51,838 nt of DNA, taken from positions 1 through 51,838 of the forward strand of contig CALXUQ010000004.1 of the NCBI GenBank assembly GCA_944391725.1. Direction: 5' to 3'. Both the position numbers and the translations under genes were made by a program. Shown one piece after another: positions 40,471 through 49,740 of this stretch. Origin of the DNA: an uncultured Alphaproteobacteria bacterium (GTDB taxonomy: Bacteria; Pseudomonadota; Alphaproteobacteria; RF32; CAG-239). Position 1 is the stretch's first letter, and every line of letters begins with the position of its first letter. Under the pieces are notes generated by a model that was not told where the DNA came from, did no database searches, and saw nothing but the letters and a program-made list of their open reading frames with translations.

Positions 40471-41070
40471 TTAGTGGGTTTTGTGCAGACTACCGATGAC
40501 TTTATAGCCATTGTCTGCATCGCCTTCCACCACAAAATAAGAACAATGCGGAATCATCGGGTGGTCAACTCCGAGATTAGCCATAATCATACCCATCACT
40601 CCGCCATGAACCGAAATTCCGACAGTTGGGTAATTTTTCTCCCGTGAAATACGGTCAAATACACCAAAGACCCTATCAGCCATCTCCTGAATGCTTTCCC
40701 CCTCCGGAAAACGAGAGGCAAAATTTTCTTTTTTGAAAATGTGCCAGTTTTTAACAATTTCGGGCCAGCGTTCTTCCGCTTCTCTGATGCTGAGTTTTTC
40801 CGCCAAACCACAGTTACCTTCGCGGAGTTCTAAAAGCGGATAAACCAGAATATTTCCTTGCGCTTTCGCTACGACTTCAGCAGTATGCACTGCCCGAATA
40901 AGTGAGCTGGAATAAATGGCATCAAGCTTAACATTTTGTGCTAAATCCTGAGCTAAAAGTTCAGCCTGCCTAATACCATTTTCATTGAGGTCGACATCGG
41001 TTTGTTGTCCCACCCACAATTTTTTTGCATTACTATCCGTCTGACCATGACGGAAGACATAATACTTCAT
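40471..41070 (-). CDS. Histidine phosphatase family protein (paralogue of 38709-39284)
   Basis: FRHGQT, SSSLIRAVHT, LRE.NCG.AE, PEGES, VHGG. Confidence 0.9.
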   Translation of the reverse strand: MKYYVFRHGQTDSNAKKLWVGQQTDVDLNENGIRQAELLAQDLAQNVKLDAIYSSSLIRAVHTAEVVAKAQGNILVYPLLELREGNCGLAEKLSIREAEERWPEIVKNWHIFKKENFASRFPEGESIQEMADRVFGVFDRISREKNYPTVGISVHGGVMGMIMANLGVDHPMIPHCSYFVVEGDADNGYKVIGSLHKTH

Positions 41071-41163
41071 ATCAGAAAAATTTTAAGATTAATAAATTAT
41101 TGAGTCTTTTATGTATCACAAATTATGTGTGACGTCAACGCTTTTGACTATAATTTCGTCAAT

Positions 41164-41730
41164 CTACTCCAAATCAAGCGCCTTAAGGGTGCAATTAAAC
41201 GGCTGTTCTTGGGGACTGCAAGCATAAGCCCCGACCTTAATTATCGGGCTTTCGCTATGAAAAGTAACTAATCGAAGCTGGAAAAAATTTTGCCCGTCCA
41301 TTGAGGCAAAAAATACATAATCACCTTTAATACGCCGTACCCGAAACCAGATATCGCCGTTAAGTTTGGGGATATTATGCACTGCCCAATCCGAATTGCC
41401 CCGATGAGTAACCACTGTTCCGACTTGCAGATTGTTAGGCTCAATGCTCATAAGCCCGACCTTAATCCAGTTACGCTCATCAAGTCTAAGCATCAAACCG
41501 CATTGCCGGAAGTTGGAACAGTCATCAAATGCCCATTGGGTCGTCAGTGTAAAGTTACCGTCACGCGGCGTAAAAAAGAAATGCCCGTTATCTTTTTTGA
41601 TTTGATGTTGGACGCTTTGCCAAAAGTCGGTTTGCGGCTCGGTTACAATCGTCATACCTTCATCGCTATAAATGATTCGGCGTGGTTCGTTGAGCCATTC
41701 AAAGTCCTTTAGTACGTCCAACAGCATCAA
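41164..41730 (-). CDS. DUF1349-like (concanavalin-fold) protein
   Basis: [38 protein letters not shown]. Confidence 0.75.
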   Translation of the reverse strand: MMLLDVLKDFEWLNEPRRIIYSDEGMTIVTEPQTDFWQSVQHQIKKDNGHFFFTPRDGNFTLTTQWAFDDCSNFRQCGLMLRLDERNWIKVGLMSIEPNNLQVGTVVTHRGNSDWAVHNIPKLNGDIWFRVRRIKGDYVFFASMDGQNFFQLRLVTFHSESPIIKVGAYACSPQEQPFNCTLKALDLE

Positions 41731-42668
41731 AAGTTCCTTATCGGTTCATCTTTAATGGCAGATAAGGCTTTTTCTAACTCCGGATTTGCGGTTGTCGGCG
41801 TCACAATTTTCAAGGTCACGATTTCATCCCCCTGACCTTTGGTGCTCTTAATACCTTTACCTTTAAGACGCAACTTTTCCCCGCTGGAAGAATAAGGAGG
41901 AACTGTCACCATCACTTTGCCCGAAATTGTCGGCACGGTAACTTTACCGCCCAGCACGGCCTCTTTGATGCTAATTGGCAGTTCAAGATGAATATCCAAT
42001 CCTTCAGCCGAGAAATAGGGGTGTTTATCGACATTAACCGTAATGAGCACATCGCCGTTCGGACCATTGTTAGGACCGGGGTTGCCGAGCCCTTTAAGAC
42101 GCAAGGTCTGTCCATCGGTTGTTCCGGCCGGAATTTTCACATTAATAGATTTTCCTTGGAGCATAACGGCTTTTTCGGTTCCGAGTGCTGCCGAAAGAAA
42201 ATCCAAACGCATGGTATAGGCCAAATCATCGCCTTTGCGCGGCCGACGCGCACTGGCGCCAAAACCGCGAGCTCCGCCGCCAAATTGGGAGAAGATGTCA
42301 TCTCCGAAAATGGAAGAAAAGTCAAAATTAGCCCCGCCGCTTTGGAATCCGCCCTGGAAACCACCGGCCCCAAACGGATTACCTCCGGCATAGTTGCCGC
42401 CATAAGCGCCGTTACCAAAACCGCCTGCGCCAAAGCCGGTTGGTTTTCCATCGGCATCAATTTCGTTATTATCGTATTTCTGGCGTTTTTCTTTATTGCC
42501 CAAAATATCATACGCACAAGAAATTTCCTTGAACTTATCGGCAGCTTCTTTGCTGTCTTTGTTCACGTCCGGATGATATTTACGCGCCAACTTCCGATAA
42601 GCAGATTTTATTTCTGCCTCGGTAGCATCTTTGGAAACTCCCAATACATGATATAAATTCTTATCCAT
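41727..42668 (-). CDS. CbpA-like class B J-domain protein
   Basis: J-domain with HPD, G/F-rich region, no zinc-finger repeats, DnaJ C-terminal domain. Confidence 0.9.
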   Translation of the reverse strand: MDKNLYHVLGVSKDATEAEIKSAYRKLARKYHPDVNKDSKEAADKFKEISCAYDILGNKEKRQKYDNNEIDADGKPTGFGAGGFGNGAYGGNYAGGNPFGAGGFQGGFQSGGANFDFSSIFGDDIFSQFGGGARGFGASARRPRKGDDLAYTMRLDFLSAALGTEKAVMLQGKSINVKIPAGTTDGQTLRLKGLGNPGPNNGPNGDVLITVNVDKHPYFSAEGLDIHLELPISIKEAVLGGKVTVPTISGKVMVTVPPYSSSGEKLRLKGKGIKSTKGQGDEIVTLKIVTPTTANPELEKALSAIKDEPIRNF

Positions 42669-42704
42669 TTTTCCCAACTCTTTTAAACCGTTCTTTTACA
42701 AAAT

Positions 42705-42733
42705 ATATAGGAAGTTTGCAAGTTCATTGCAAG
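42705..42733 (-). promoter_or_regulatory. Putative RpoH promoter of the cbpA-like operon
   Basis: Minus strand CTTG-N18-CCTATAT, same geometry as the dnaK promoter. Confidence 0.6.
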
Positions 42734-42737
42734 AGAG

Positions 42738-43079
42738 TTACTTGCTGCTGCAATAAAATGAGGCGCGGCGCCGATTGTTTTTGTAAAGATTGATTTTTTC
42801 GAGATAAGCGTTGCGGTTACCATGGTCTTGACAATATAGCGAGGCCAATAAAGATACTTCATCTACTCGCACATCCTGATACTCATATACCACGGTAGAA
42901 GACGTTTTTTCAGCCACAATCACTTTGCCCACGAACTTGCTGAAATCAAGTTGTTTACCTTCGGGTTCTTGTGGTGCCGGAGCCGGCATCGGCTGAGCAG
43001 ATTGGCAACCCGCCAGCAAGAGAAGAGCCAAGCAACCAATCATAGATGCGGATTTTTTAATTTTCCAAGACTTTAACAT
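42738..43079 (-). CDS. Hypothetical lipoprotein
   Basis: LLLLAGC lipobox, Pro-rich linker, two further Cys. Confidence 0.7.
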   Translation of the reverse strand: MLKSWKIKKSASMIGCLALLLLAGCQSAQPMPAPAPQEPEGKQLDFSKFVGKVIVAEKTSSTVVYEYQDVRVDEVSLLASLYCQDHGNRNAYLEKINLYKNNRRRASFYCSSK

Positions 43080-43215
43080 TTTTAATCCTTCTGATTTTAG
43101 GTTGTTTAACTTCGGCATTCACCACATCAAACACGGATTTACCTTTAATTTCGATAACCTTCTGACGCAATTTTTGAATTTTGGTCATCATGCGGTCAAT
43201 TTCGATTTTTTTCAT
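43057..43215 (-). CDS. Small basic hypothetical protein (52 aa), not in the ORF track
   Basis: MKKIEIDRMMTKIQKLRQKVIEIKGKSVFDVVNAEVKQPKIRRIKNVKVLEN*; GAGGG RBS; fills the gap between two minus-strand genes. Confidence 0.55.
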   Translation of the reverse strand: MKKIEIDRMMTKIQKLRQKVIEIKGKSVFDVVNAEVKQPKIRRIKNVKVLEN

Positions 43216-43280
43216 ATTTTTGCCCTCATCTGAATATTGTTTAACAATATATCACTTTTCGGTTAAGCAAAGTTTAATAC

Positions 43281-43586
43281 TCATTTGAGTTCATCATAAA
43301 TATCTTTGCCGGCTTGTTTCAAAATTTTGAGGATTCGCTGATTTTTTGCATCTTTATTGCGTGCATTAGAAAGTTTCTGCACCATCTCATAGAGTTTTTT
43401 GTTAAATTTGGGATCTTGGCGCAGACGGTTCACGCTGTCGAGTTCTTCGGCATCATTAATTTTGAAATCGGCCACAGCCTTGATGGTAGCAAGATAAGCG
43501 GCATCTTTATCCGCAGCAAATTGAGCCGATGAGTTGTTGATATTGCATAATAAAATTGCTAATATGAAAATAGGTAAGCGCCACAT
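43281..43586 (-). CDS. Hypothetical secreted protein
   Basis: Signal peptide ending SSA-Q; GAGGAG RBS. Confidence 0.7.
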   Translation of the reverse strand: MWRLPIFILAILLCNINNSSAQFAADKDAAYLATIKAVADFKINDAEELDSVNRLRQDPKFNKKLYEMVQKLSNARNKDAKNQRILKILKQAGKDIYDELK

Positions 43587-43665
43587 ATTCTACTCCTCTT
43601 GTTTTGTTTTGATATTTGTGTATATTAAATATAATTTTAGATTTTTGCTAGGGATAATCTGCAAG

Positions 43666-44646
43666 ATGGGAAAAAATGTTTGGATATTGATAGATAACCG
43701 CGCCGGCAGCAACAGTCAGGCTCGAGGTGTTGCCGAGGCATTGGGTTGGCCCGCAACGGAGAAAAACATTTCATACAACAAGTGGTCAGATCTGCCCAAT
43801 ATCTTTCTCGGAGCAAGTTTAAGGGGGATAGAACCGCGCAGTCGCGAACTGTTAAAACCCCCATTTCCCGATGTTGTGATTGCGGCCAGCAGACGTTCGG
43901 CACCGGTTGCCAGGTGGATAAAGAAAAAGACTTTCGGACAGGTTAAAATAGTGCAGATTATGCACCCCGGCAGTTGTGGTTTGGGCGACTTTGACCGTGT
44001 TTTTGTGCCCGAGCACGATTCTGGCAAAAAACATAGTCCCAACATATATTACATTACCGGTTGCGCACATCGCATTACCCCCAAGACTTTAGCCGAAGGG
44101 CAGGCCAAGTGGGCCGAAAAGTTTGCACATTTGCCGCGTCCGCTTACAACCGTGGTTGTGGGAGGAACCTACAAAGGTCACGAATTTACCGATGATAACG
44201 CTCGCGAGTTTGGGCGTGAGGTTAGGGCTTACAAGGATAAGATTGGCGGAGGCGTATTGATTACCGATTCGCGCCGTACCGGCAATTCGGCCCAAGATGC
44301 CATTATGCGTGAGCTCGAAGGTTTGCCGATATATAGCTACCTGTGGGACAAGGACATGGGCGAAAATCCGTATTTAGGTTTTTTAGCTTGTGCCGATGAC
44401 ATCATAGTGACCGGCGATTCGGTTAGTATGTGTTGTGAGGCCTGCGGCACCGGCAAACAGGTTCAGGTCTACAGTGGCAGTAATTGGTTAGATGCCAAGC
44501 ACCAGCGATTTTTGCAAAATTTGTTCTCACGGCAGTTAGCTTTTCCGTTAGGATCCGAAATTCCGAGCGGCATCAAATATCAGGCCTATAATCCGGCGCA
44601 AGAGATCGCCTCAGAAATAAAAAAACTTTTTCCTTCTGAAGATTAA
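43666..44646 (+). CDS. ELM1/DUF1022-family glycosyltransferase-like protein
   Basis: D.RAG..SQARGVAEALG, VQIMHP, VPEHD, SRRT, NPYLGFLA.AD.I.VTGDSVSM..EA. Confidence 0.85.
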   Translation: MGKNVWILIDNRAGSNSQARGVAEALGWPATEKNISYNKWSDLPNIFLGASLRGIEPRSRELLKPPFPDVVIAASRRSAPVARWIKKKTFGQVKIVQIMHPGSCGLGDFDRVFVPEHDSGKKHSPNIYYITGCAHRITPKTLAEGQAKWAEKFAHLPRPLTTVVVGGTYKGHEFTDDNAREFGREVRAYKDKIGGGVLITDSRRTGNSAQDAIMRELEGLPIYSYLWDKDMGENPYLGFLACADDIIVTGDSVSMCCEACGTGKQVQVYSGSNWLDAKHQRFLQNLFSRQLAFPLGSEIPSGIKYQAYNPAQEIASEIKKLFPSED

Positions 44647-44666
44647 ACAAAGCTATTAAAAACTTG

Positions 44667-44695
44667 TTGACAATGTGGAAGTGTTTTTTTATATT
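44667..44695 (+). promoter_or_regulatory. sigma70 promoter for tRNA-Ala(GGC)
   Basis: TTGACA-N17-TATATT, 12 nt before the tRNA. Confidence 0.65.
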
Positions 44696-44707
44696 AGCTT
44701 TGCTTTT

Positions 44708-44783
<76 letters not shown>

Positions 44784-44850
44784 ATTTTTTATAGCCGTCC
44801 GGTTGGACGGTTTTTTACTAATAATGGTCTGTAAGGGCACATTAGAGTAG

Positions 44851-45220
44851 ATAAGGTTTATGGGGCTGTAGCTCAGTTGGGATGGCTAAGCGAAAAGACC
44901 CCGGTGGGGTTTTTTCGTCTGCAACATCTTGGCTGCCTTAGCGAGCAAAGGAAGCGGCAGCAACTGCGGTGAGCTTAGGCACCCAAGGCGAATGGTTCGC
45001 ATTCGCTCGACCAAATGAATTATTTTGAACGGATATAAGGTTTATGGGGCTGTAGCTCAGTTGGGATGGCTAAGCGAAAAGACCCCGGTGGGGTGTTTTC
45101 GTCTGTAACATCTTGGCTGCCTTAGCGAGCAAAGGAAGCGGCAGTGACTGCGGCGAGCTTAGGCACCCAAGGCGAATGGTTCGCATTCGCTCGACCAAAC
45201 GAGAATTATTTTGAACGGAT
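44851..45220 (+). repeat. Two tandem tRNA-Ala(CGC)-derived repeat units (184 and 186 nt)
   Basis: ATAAGGTTTATGGGGCTGTAGCTCAGTTGGGA at 44851, 45035 and 45221; units nearly identical and each contains GCGAATGGTTCGCA. Confidence 0.92.
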
Positions 45221-45231
45221 ATAAGGTTTAT

Positions 45232-45307
45232 GGGGCTGTAGCTCAGTTGGGAGAGCGAATGGTTCGCAATCATTAGGTCGGGAGTTCAATCCTCCTCAGC
45301 TCCACCA
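45232..45307 (+). tRNA. tRNA-Ala(CGC)
   Basis: GGGGCTG/CAGCTCC acceptor stem with G3:U70, anticodon arm AATGG-TTCGCAA-TCATT, CCA. Confidence 0.93.
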
Positions 45308-45315
45308 AATAAAAT

Positions 45316-45338
45316 GGGTGCCGTAGGCGCCCTTTTTT
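45316..45338 (+). terminator. Intrinsic terminator after tRNA-Ala(CGC)
   Basis: GGGTGCC-GTA-GGCGCCC followed by a T-run. Confidence 0.7.
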
Positions 45339-45355
45339 ATTTGGTTTAGTAGGTA

Positions 45356-45916
45356 CTACTGCAATTTTATTTCGGGAAGTTTCTCATAAGGCTCATTGGG
45401 CTGAAAAAATTCTTTGGTTTTGAGACGGAATAGCTTTGCCAATAATTTCGTCGGAAAACTTTCTTTCTTTTGGTTCCACCGGGTTACAGATGCATTATAA
45501 GAACGTCTTGCTTCCTGCAAATATTCCTCGATTTCGACGGCAATATTCCTCATGGCGGCAAATTCGCGATCCTGCCGCAGTTGCGGAAATTCATTAGCCA
45601 ATGAGAAAATCAGTTTTATCTGATTAAGAATTAGTTTTTCAGCTTTACCTTTTTCGTATGGGGTTGTAATTTCCATGGCGGCCTTTCGCGTATCCATAAT
45701 TTTCTCGAGCATTTGTTTTTTGCCTTCGGTTCTAACATCGGCCAACTCCACCATAACTTTTAGCAAGTTGTAGCGTCGCTCAAGTTGAATATTGATATTT
45801 TCCCAAGCCTGATTGCAGTTGGAGTCTAACTTCATCAGTGCGCCGTGAAGATAGATGAAGTAAAGGGCAATTCCCACAAAAAATATCAATAATAAGATAT
45901 ACATTAAGTTCTCCAT
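45356..45916 (-). CDS. lemA: LemA family protein
   Basis: N-terminal TM, AWENINIQLERRYNL, FPQL, ARRSYN..V..WN...ESFP. Confidence 0.85.
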   Translation of the reverse strand: MENLMYILLLIFFVGIALYFIYLHGALMKLDSNCNQAWENINIQLERRYNLLKVMVELADVRTEGKKQMLEKIMDTRKAAMEITTPYEKGKAEKLILNQIKLIFSLANEFPQLRQDREFAAMRNIAVEIEEYLQEARRSYNASVTRWNQKKESFPTKLLAKLFRLKTKEFFQPNEPYEKLPEIKLQ

Positions 45917-45917
45917 A

Positions 45918-47033
45918 TTATATATTTTTCTCGGCCGCAAGTTTTTCCAAGAATTTGATTTGGATTTCGGCAATTTGTTTCACACTGTCCATCACCACAT
46001 ATTCACCTGCGGTATGCATACCTTCGCCGGTCCCCGAGTGCATAACCACAATTGAGCCCTTAACCGCAAAAGCTCTTGAATCGGTTGCTCCGCCGATATG
46101 TTCAAATTCGATTTTTTCGCCCATAATATTTTCGGCAAATTGCTTATATTCCAAAATATATTTGTTATCTTCGGGCATAACAACCGGAGTGCTCTCGGAA
46201 ACAATTTTATAGCTTACGCCTGGTATCATGCAACTATCGAGATTTTTGCATAAGTTATCAACGCTGGAATTTTCGGTAAGCCGAAAATCGAGCAAAGCTT
46301 CCGTTTCTCCGCAAATCACGTTTGAAACTTCACCGCCGTGAAGTTTGGCAACATGAACGGTATCAATCCACTTATCGGCGGGAATATTCCCGTTTTTAGA
46401 GTAATAGGGATAGATTTTGCGGATATTGGCAATAACTTGCATCATCATCTCGTTGGCATCGATTCCCTCCCAAGGGGTTGACCCGTGTGCTTCTAGCCCT
46501 TGAGCCATAATTTTGACAAAGACGGGATTCTTGCACTTGGTCACAATTTTGCGAATATCGCCGCCGGTATCATTGTCGAGTACGATTTTAGCCGAGATAT
46601 TAGGATGTGCATTTAAGAAAGCATGGGTACTGGCACTGCCTTTTTCCTCATCGGTTGAAAGAATCACCCCAAACTTGAGGTTAAGTTGGTGCTGGAGTAC
46701 ATATTCCATGGAGTTGAGCGCCACTGCGGCAAAAGATTTCATATCCAAGGAACCGCGACCATAAAGTTTGCCGTTTGCAAGTTTGGGGACAAACATATCA
46801 TCGCTGGCCGGAACCACATCCAGATGCCCCAAGCACAAAACATCAAAATTTTCGGTATTATGGTTGCGAATAAATATCACCGGAGAAGCGGTAGGGAAAC
46901 GTGCAATTTCAACAATAGCACCGCTGTCTTTGAACAAAGATTGGCAATATTCCAAGCATTTATCAATTTGTTCAAGATTCCCGGTTTCAGTCCGAAATTT
47001 CATCAGTTCCTGAGCAACGGCAATAACATCCAT
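45918..47033 (-). CDS. M20 family metallopeptidase/deacylase (ArgE/DapE-like)
   Basis: GHLDVVP, LYGRGSLDMK, TDEEKG, AHGSTPWEG, GGATD, GMHT..E. Confidence 0.9.
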   Translation of the reverse strand: MDVIAVAQELMKFRTETGNLEQIDKCLEYCQSLFKDSGAIVEIARFPTASPVIFIRNHNTENFDVLCLGHLDVVPASDDMFVPKLANGKLYGRGSLDMKSFAAVALNSMEYVLQHQLNLKFGVILSTDEEKGSASTHAFLNAHPNISAKIVLDNDTGGDIRKIVTKCKNPVFVKIMAQGLEAHGSTPWEGIDANEMMMQVIANIRKIYPYYSKNGNIPADKWIDTVHVAKLHGGEVSNVICGETEALLDFRLTENSSVDNLCKNLDSCMIPGVSYKIVSESTPVVMPEDNKYILEYKQFAENIMGEKIEFEHIGGATDSRAFAVKGSIVVMHSGTGEGMHTAGEYVVMDSVKQIAEIQIKFLEKLAAEKNI

Positions 47034-47132
47034 TTTTTACTTCTCCATCTTTCCGATTTTTACGTTTTATTCATTTTATTTAGTCATACTACATCTAAAT
47101 AACATAACAAAAGATTAAAAAAGGGGATAAAA

Positions 47133-47639
47133 ATGAAAGCCATTTGTGGAATTTTGGCCGCTCTGATGCTATGGAGCAGCCAGGTTGCAGCGCAAACCTT
47201 GGAAGAAGACGGCGAAAGCGGGCTGAAATTACCGCGGTTTGTGTCACTGCGCTCCAACTTGATTAATGCGCGCTCCGGTCCGGGAGCCCGTTACCCGATA
47301 GAATGGGTCTATATGCAAAAAGGAGCTCCGGTGGAGATTGTGGCTGAGTTTGAAATTTGGCGTCAGATTAAAGATTGGCAAGGCTCCAAAACTTGGGTCC
47401 ACAAAAGTATGCTAAGCGGACACCGTTCGGTCAAGGTAATCACCCCGGGCGAAAACAATATTTACGCCAAGGCTGATTATAATTCAAACGTGATTGCTAA
47501 GGTAGAAGATGAGGTTGTCGGTGATATCTTAAAATGCCCCGAAGGTTCAGCCTTTTGCCAAATTAAGTTTGACCGCATCAGTGGTTGGGTCCCGCGCCAA
47601 AACTTATATGGATTATATCCAAACGAGGTGATAGAATAG
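47133..47639 (+). CDS. Secreted tandem bacterial SH3-domain protein
   Basis: SGLKLPRFVSL, N.RSGPG..YPI.W, E.WRQI.D..G...WVH.S.LSG. Confidence 0.85.
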   Translation: MKAICGILAALMLWSSQVAAQTLEEDGESGLKLPRFVSLRSNLINARSGPGARYPIEWVYMQKGAPVEIVAEFEIWRQIKDWQGSKTWVHKSMLSGHRSVKVITPGENNIYAKADYNSNVIAKVEDEVVGDILKCPEGSAFCQIKFDRISGWVPRQNLYGLYPNEVIE

Positions 47640-47645
47640 TCAAGA

Positions 47646-47669
47646 AACCCGGTTCAAACCGGGTTTTTT
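47646..47669 (+). terminator. Intrinsic terminator
   Basis: AAACCCGGTT-CA-AACCGGGTTT followed by a T-run. Confidence 0.7.
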
Positions 47670-47822
47670 GTTGGTGTCGCCGCAAAAAGTGAAGATGTTG
47701 ACAAAATTTCTAAAATCTGATATCCTAAAATCCAAATTTATATACATATTCAGATTATTAATCGGCTTTGCGGTTTTGAAGTTTAACTAATTTCCAATCG
47801 CAAGGCATAAATAGTTTTTACC

Positions 47823-48953
47823 ATGAGACAAAGAAGCTTGTTGTGGGCAATAATTTTGGCACTCAGTGCAATTGTTGCCGGAGCGAGAGCCCAGAGGTTT
47901 TACCTTCCGGAAGATTTATCTTTCACCGGATCGCAATACATCTGGGAAAGTCGGGCGCTTTTTGAATTAAGCGACCCCGACATGTGGTTGTACTGCGAAG
48001 CAGGATATGCGCCGGCCTTGCAATATCTGCCGCCTTTTAGTGAGTTGCGGCATTTGTTGCATCACGCCTGTCGCAGCTATGCTCGCTGGGGTTACCATGG
48101 AATGATTGGATATCGGGTTTTGACTGATTACGGGTACTATTTTTTGAGCCCGTTGTGTGATCCGATATTCTTAGGCTACAGTATAATTGACGACTGGCTC
48201 GGCCGTCCGTTAAGAATTCTGTATCGGACATATGCCGATTTGTCATACTTGCACTTTCGGGTGCGGGCATTTGACAATATCTGGCGATATCATCGCTTTT
48301 ATGATTATTACCCCCGCTATGGTCATCGGCACTATGGCTGGTATGATAATCATCATTGCTATGCAAGGCCTCCACGCCCAAACTATGCTCCTCCGCGTCA
48401 TAATCCGGTTACATCGCGAAACTATGCCAATGGGCGCAGTGGTTATGACAACCGCAACTCGTTGCAAGCAGGGAGTGGTCGCAATAGCGGACATATTACT
48501 TCCTCAAGTAATGTCACCCGCCTAAATGCGACCAGAAGTTCATCAACGGCGCTGAGTGGACGTTCTTCCGGTCGGAGTAGTAGCACGCCTAGGAGTTATT
48601 CCTCAGTGACCAGTGGTAATTCCGGTCGGAGCAGTGTGACCAGAAGTTCATCGGTAGTGGCGCCGCTCACTCGGTCTAGCCGCGGAAGTACGTCTTCTTC
48701 CGCCGCATACAGTTCCGGACGTAGTTTCCGCTCATCTGGACCAAGTAGCAGTTATCGAGGCTCATCTATGAGTACGCGTTCAAGCTCGAGCAGTTTTGGT
48801 CGCGGTAGCACGAGCAATTTCAGCCGTAGTAGCTCAGGTAGCTTTAGCACCAGGAGCTCGGGAGCCTCATTTAGCCCGTCCCGCCAGTCTGGCTATTCCG
48901 GACGAAGCAGTGGCAATGTAGGCAGCAACCGCGGTTCGGTTGGCCGCCGCTAA
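47823..48953 (+). CDS. Secreted protein with aromatic-rich domain and long Ser/Arg/Gly low-complexity tail
   Basis: Signal peptide (..GARA-Q); 376-aa ORF; own TTGACA-N17-TATCCT promoter (47698-47726) and terminator. Confidence 0.7.
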   Translation: MRQRSLLWAIILALSAIVAGARAQRFYLPEDLSFTGSQYIWESRALFELSDPDMWLYCEAGYAPALQYLPPFSELRHLLHHACRSYARWGYHGMIGYRVLTDYGYYFLSPLCDPIFLGYSIIDDWLGRPLRILYRTYADLSYLHFRVRAFDNIWRYHRFYDYYPRYGHRHYGWYDNHHCYARPPRPNYAPPRHNPVTSRNYANGRSGYDNRNSLQAGSGRNSGHITSSSNVTRLNATRSSSTALSGRSSGRSSSTPRSYSSVTSGNSGRSSVTRSSSVVAPLTRSSRGSTSSSAAYSSGRSFRSSGPSSSYRGSSMSTRSSSSSFGRGSTSNFSRSSSGSFSTRSSGASFSPSRQSGYSGRSSGNVGSNRGSVGRR

Positions 48954-48965
48954 TTATTCTAAAAA

Positions 48966-49006
48966 AGAAAACCCCGAGATTGATAAATTCAATCCCGGGG
49001 TTTTCT
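48966..49006. terminator. Bidirectional terminator
   Basis: AGAAAACCCCG.GATTGA-TAAAT-TCAATC.CGGGGTTTTCT. Confidence 0.75.
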
Positions 49007-49027
49007 TTGGCAGATAAACTTTTTTAC

Positions 49028-49732
49028 TTAAAATTCTTCCAAGATATCTGGGGCACGTTTGGTCACAACGGTTTTTTGATACATTTTGCCAAAAAACAGA
49101 TTGGTGCGCCAATTATATTGAATACGAGTCTTGCAATAATCTGCAATGTCCAAATCCCACAGTTTTTCAGCAAACGGCTGCCATAGCCGATTAAACATTT
49201 TCACCATATAGCGCAGCGGGTGATAATAGTCCGGCCGATGATAATCCACAAATACCACTTTGCCGTTTTCCTTAATGGCATGGAGGGCATTGTTAATAAT
49301 TTTCACTTTGGTTTGGGGCGGCACTTCATGCAACAACAAATAGCACACCACCACATCATATCCATAAAGAGGTTTCTGAATGGTATCAGCCCCGTTTTGA
49401 TGAATAAAATTCATCTGCGGAAAGATATATTGATATTTTTGCTTAGCCATATTGAGCTGGGTCATACTGACATCCATAATGTCATATTGTCCATAGCGTC
49501 CGATTTTATCGGCTGTTTCTTCCATCAAATTTCCAAACGTAACACCGATTTGCAAAACCTGATCAAAAGGCCTGATTTCACGCAGGACCGCTTGGGACAG
49601 ACGTTTATTATTTCCCAGAGTAACAACGGTTTGAACCCAACTTTTATTAAAAAAAGTTGACCAAGCCTTACTTCCGTATAGCCAAGAATAGAACTGCTTC
49701 CAATATTTGGGCAGTTTGTATTGTTCTAACAT
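49028..49732 (-). CDS. rquA: RquA-like SAM-dependent methyltransferase-fold protein (rhodoquinone biosynthesis)
   Basis: P.Y....Y.W.Y, GN..RL, VLQ....FG, YLLLHEVP, GKVVFVDYHRP...HPLR, PFA..LW, FFGKMYQK match the RquA pattern as I recall it. Confidence 0.72.
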   Translation of the reverse strand: MLEQYKLPKYWKQFYSWLYGSKAWSTFFNKSWVQTVVTLGNNKRLSQAVLREIRPFDQVLQIGVTFGNLMEETADKIGRYGQYDIMDVSMTQLNMAKQKYQYIFPQMNFIHQNGADTIQKPLYGYDVVVCYLLLHEVPPQTKVKIINNALHAIKENGKVVFVDYHRPDYYHPLRYMVKMFNRLWQPFAEKLWDLDIADYCKTRIQYNWRTNLFFGKMYQKTVVTKRAPDILEEF

Positions 49733-49740
49733 TTCCTCAC

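Noticed and set aside
33640-41100. Intact prophage or integrative element at the tRNA-Ser/tRNA-Arg pair
   Set aside because: No integrase, phage genes or duplicated tRNA 3' end found
44851-45252. CRISPR array or intron-containing tRNA genes
   Set aside because: The 32-nt repeat is the tRNA leader plus 5' end and the 'spacers' are near-identical ~150-nt units; removing the insert would not give a tRNA because the T-arm and acceptor 3' strand are missing
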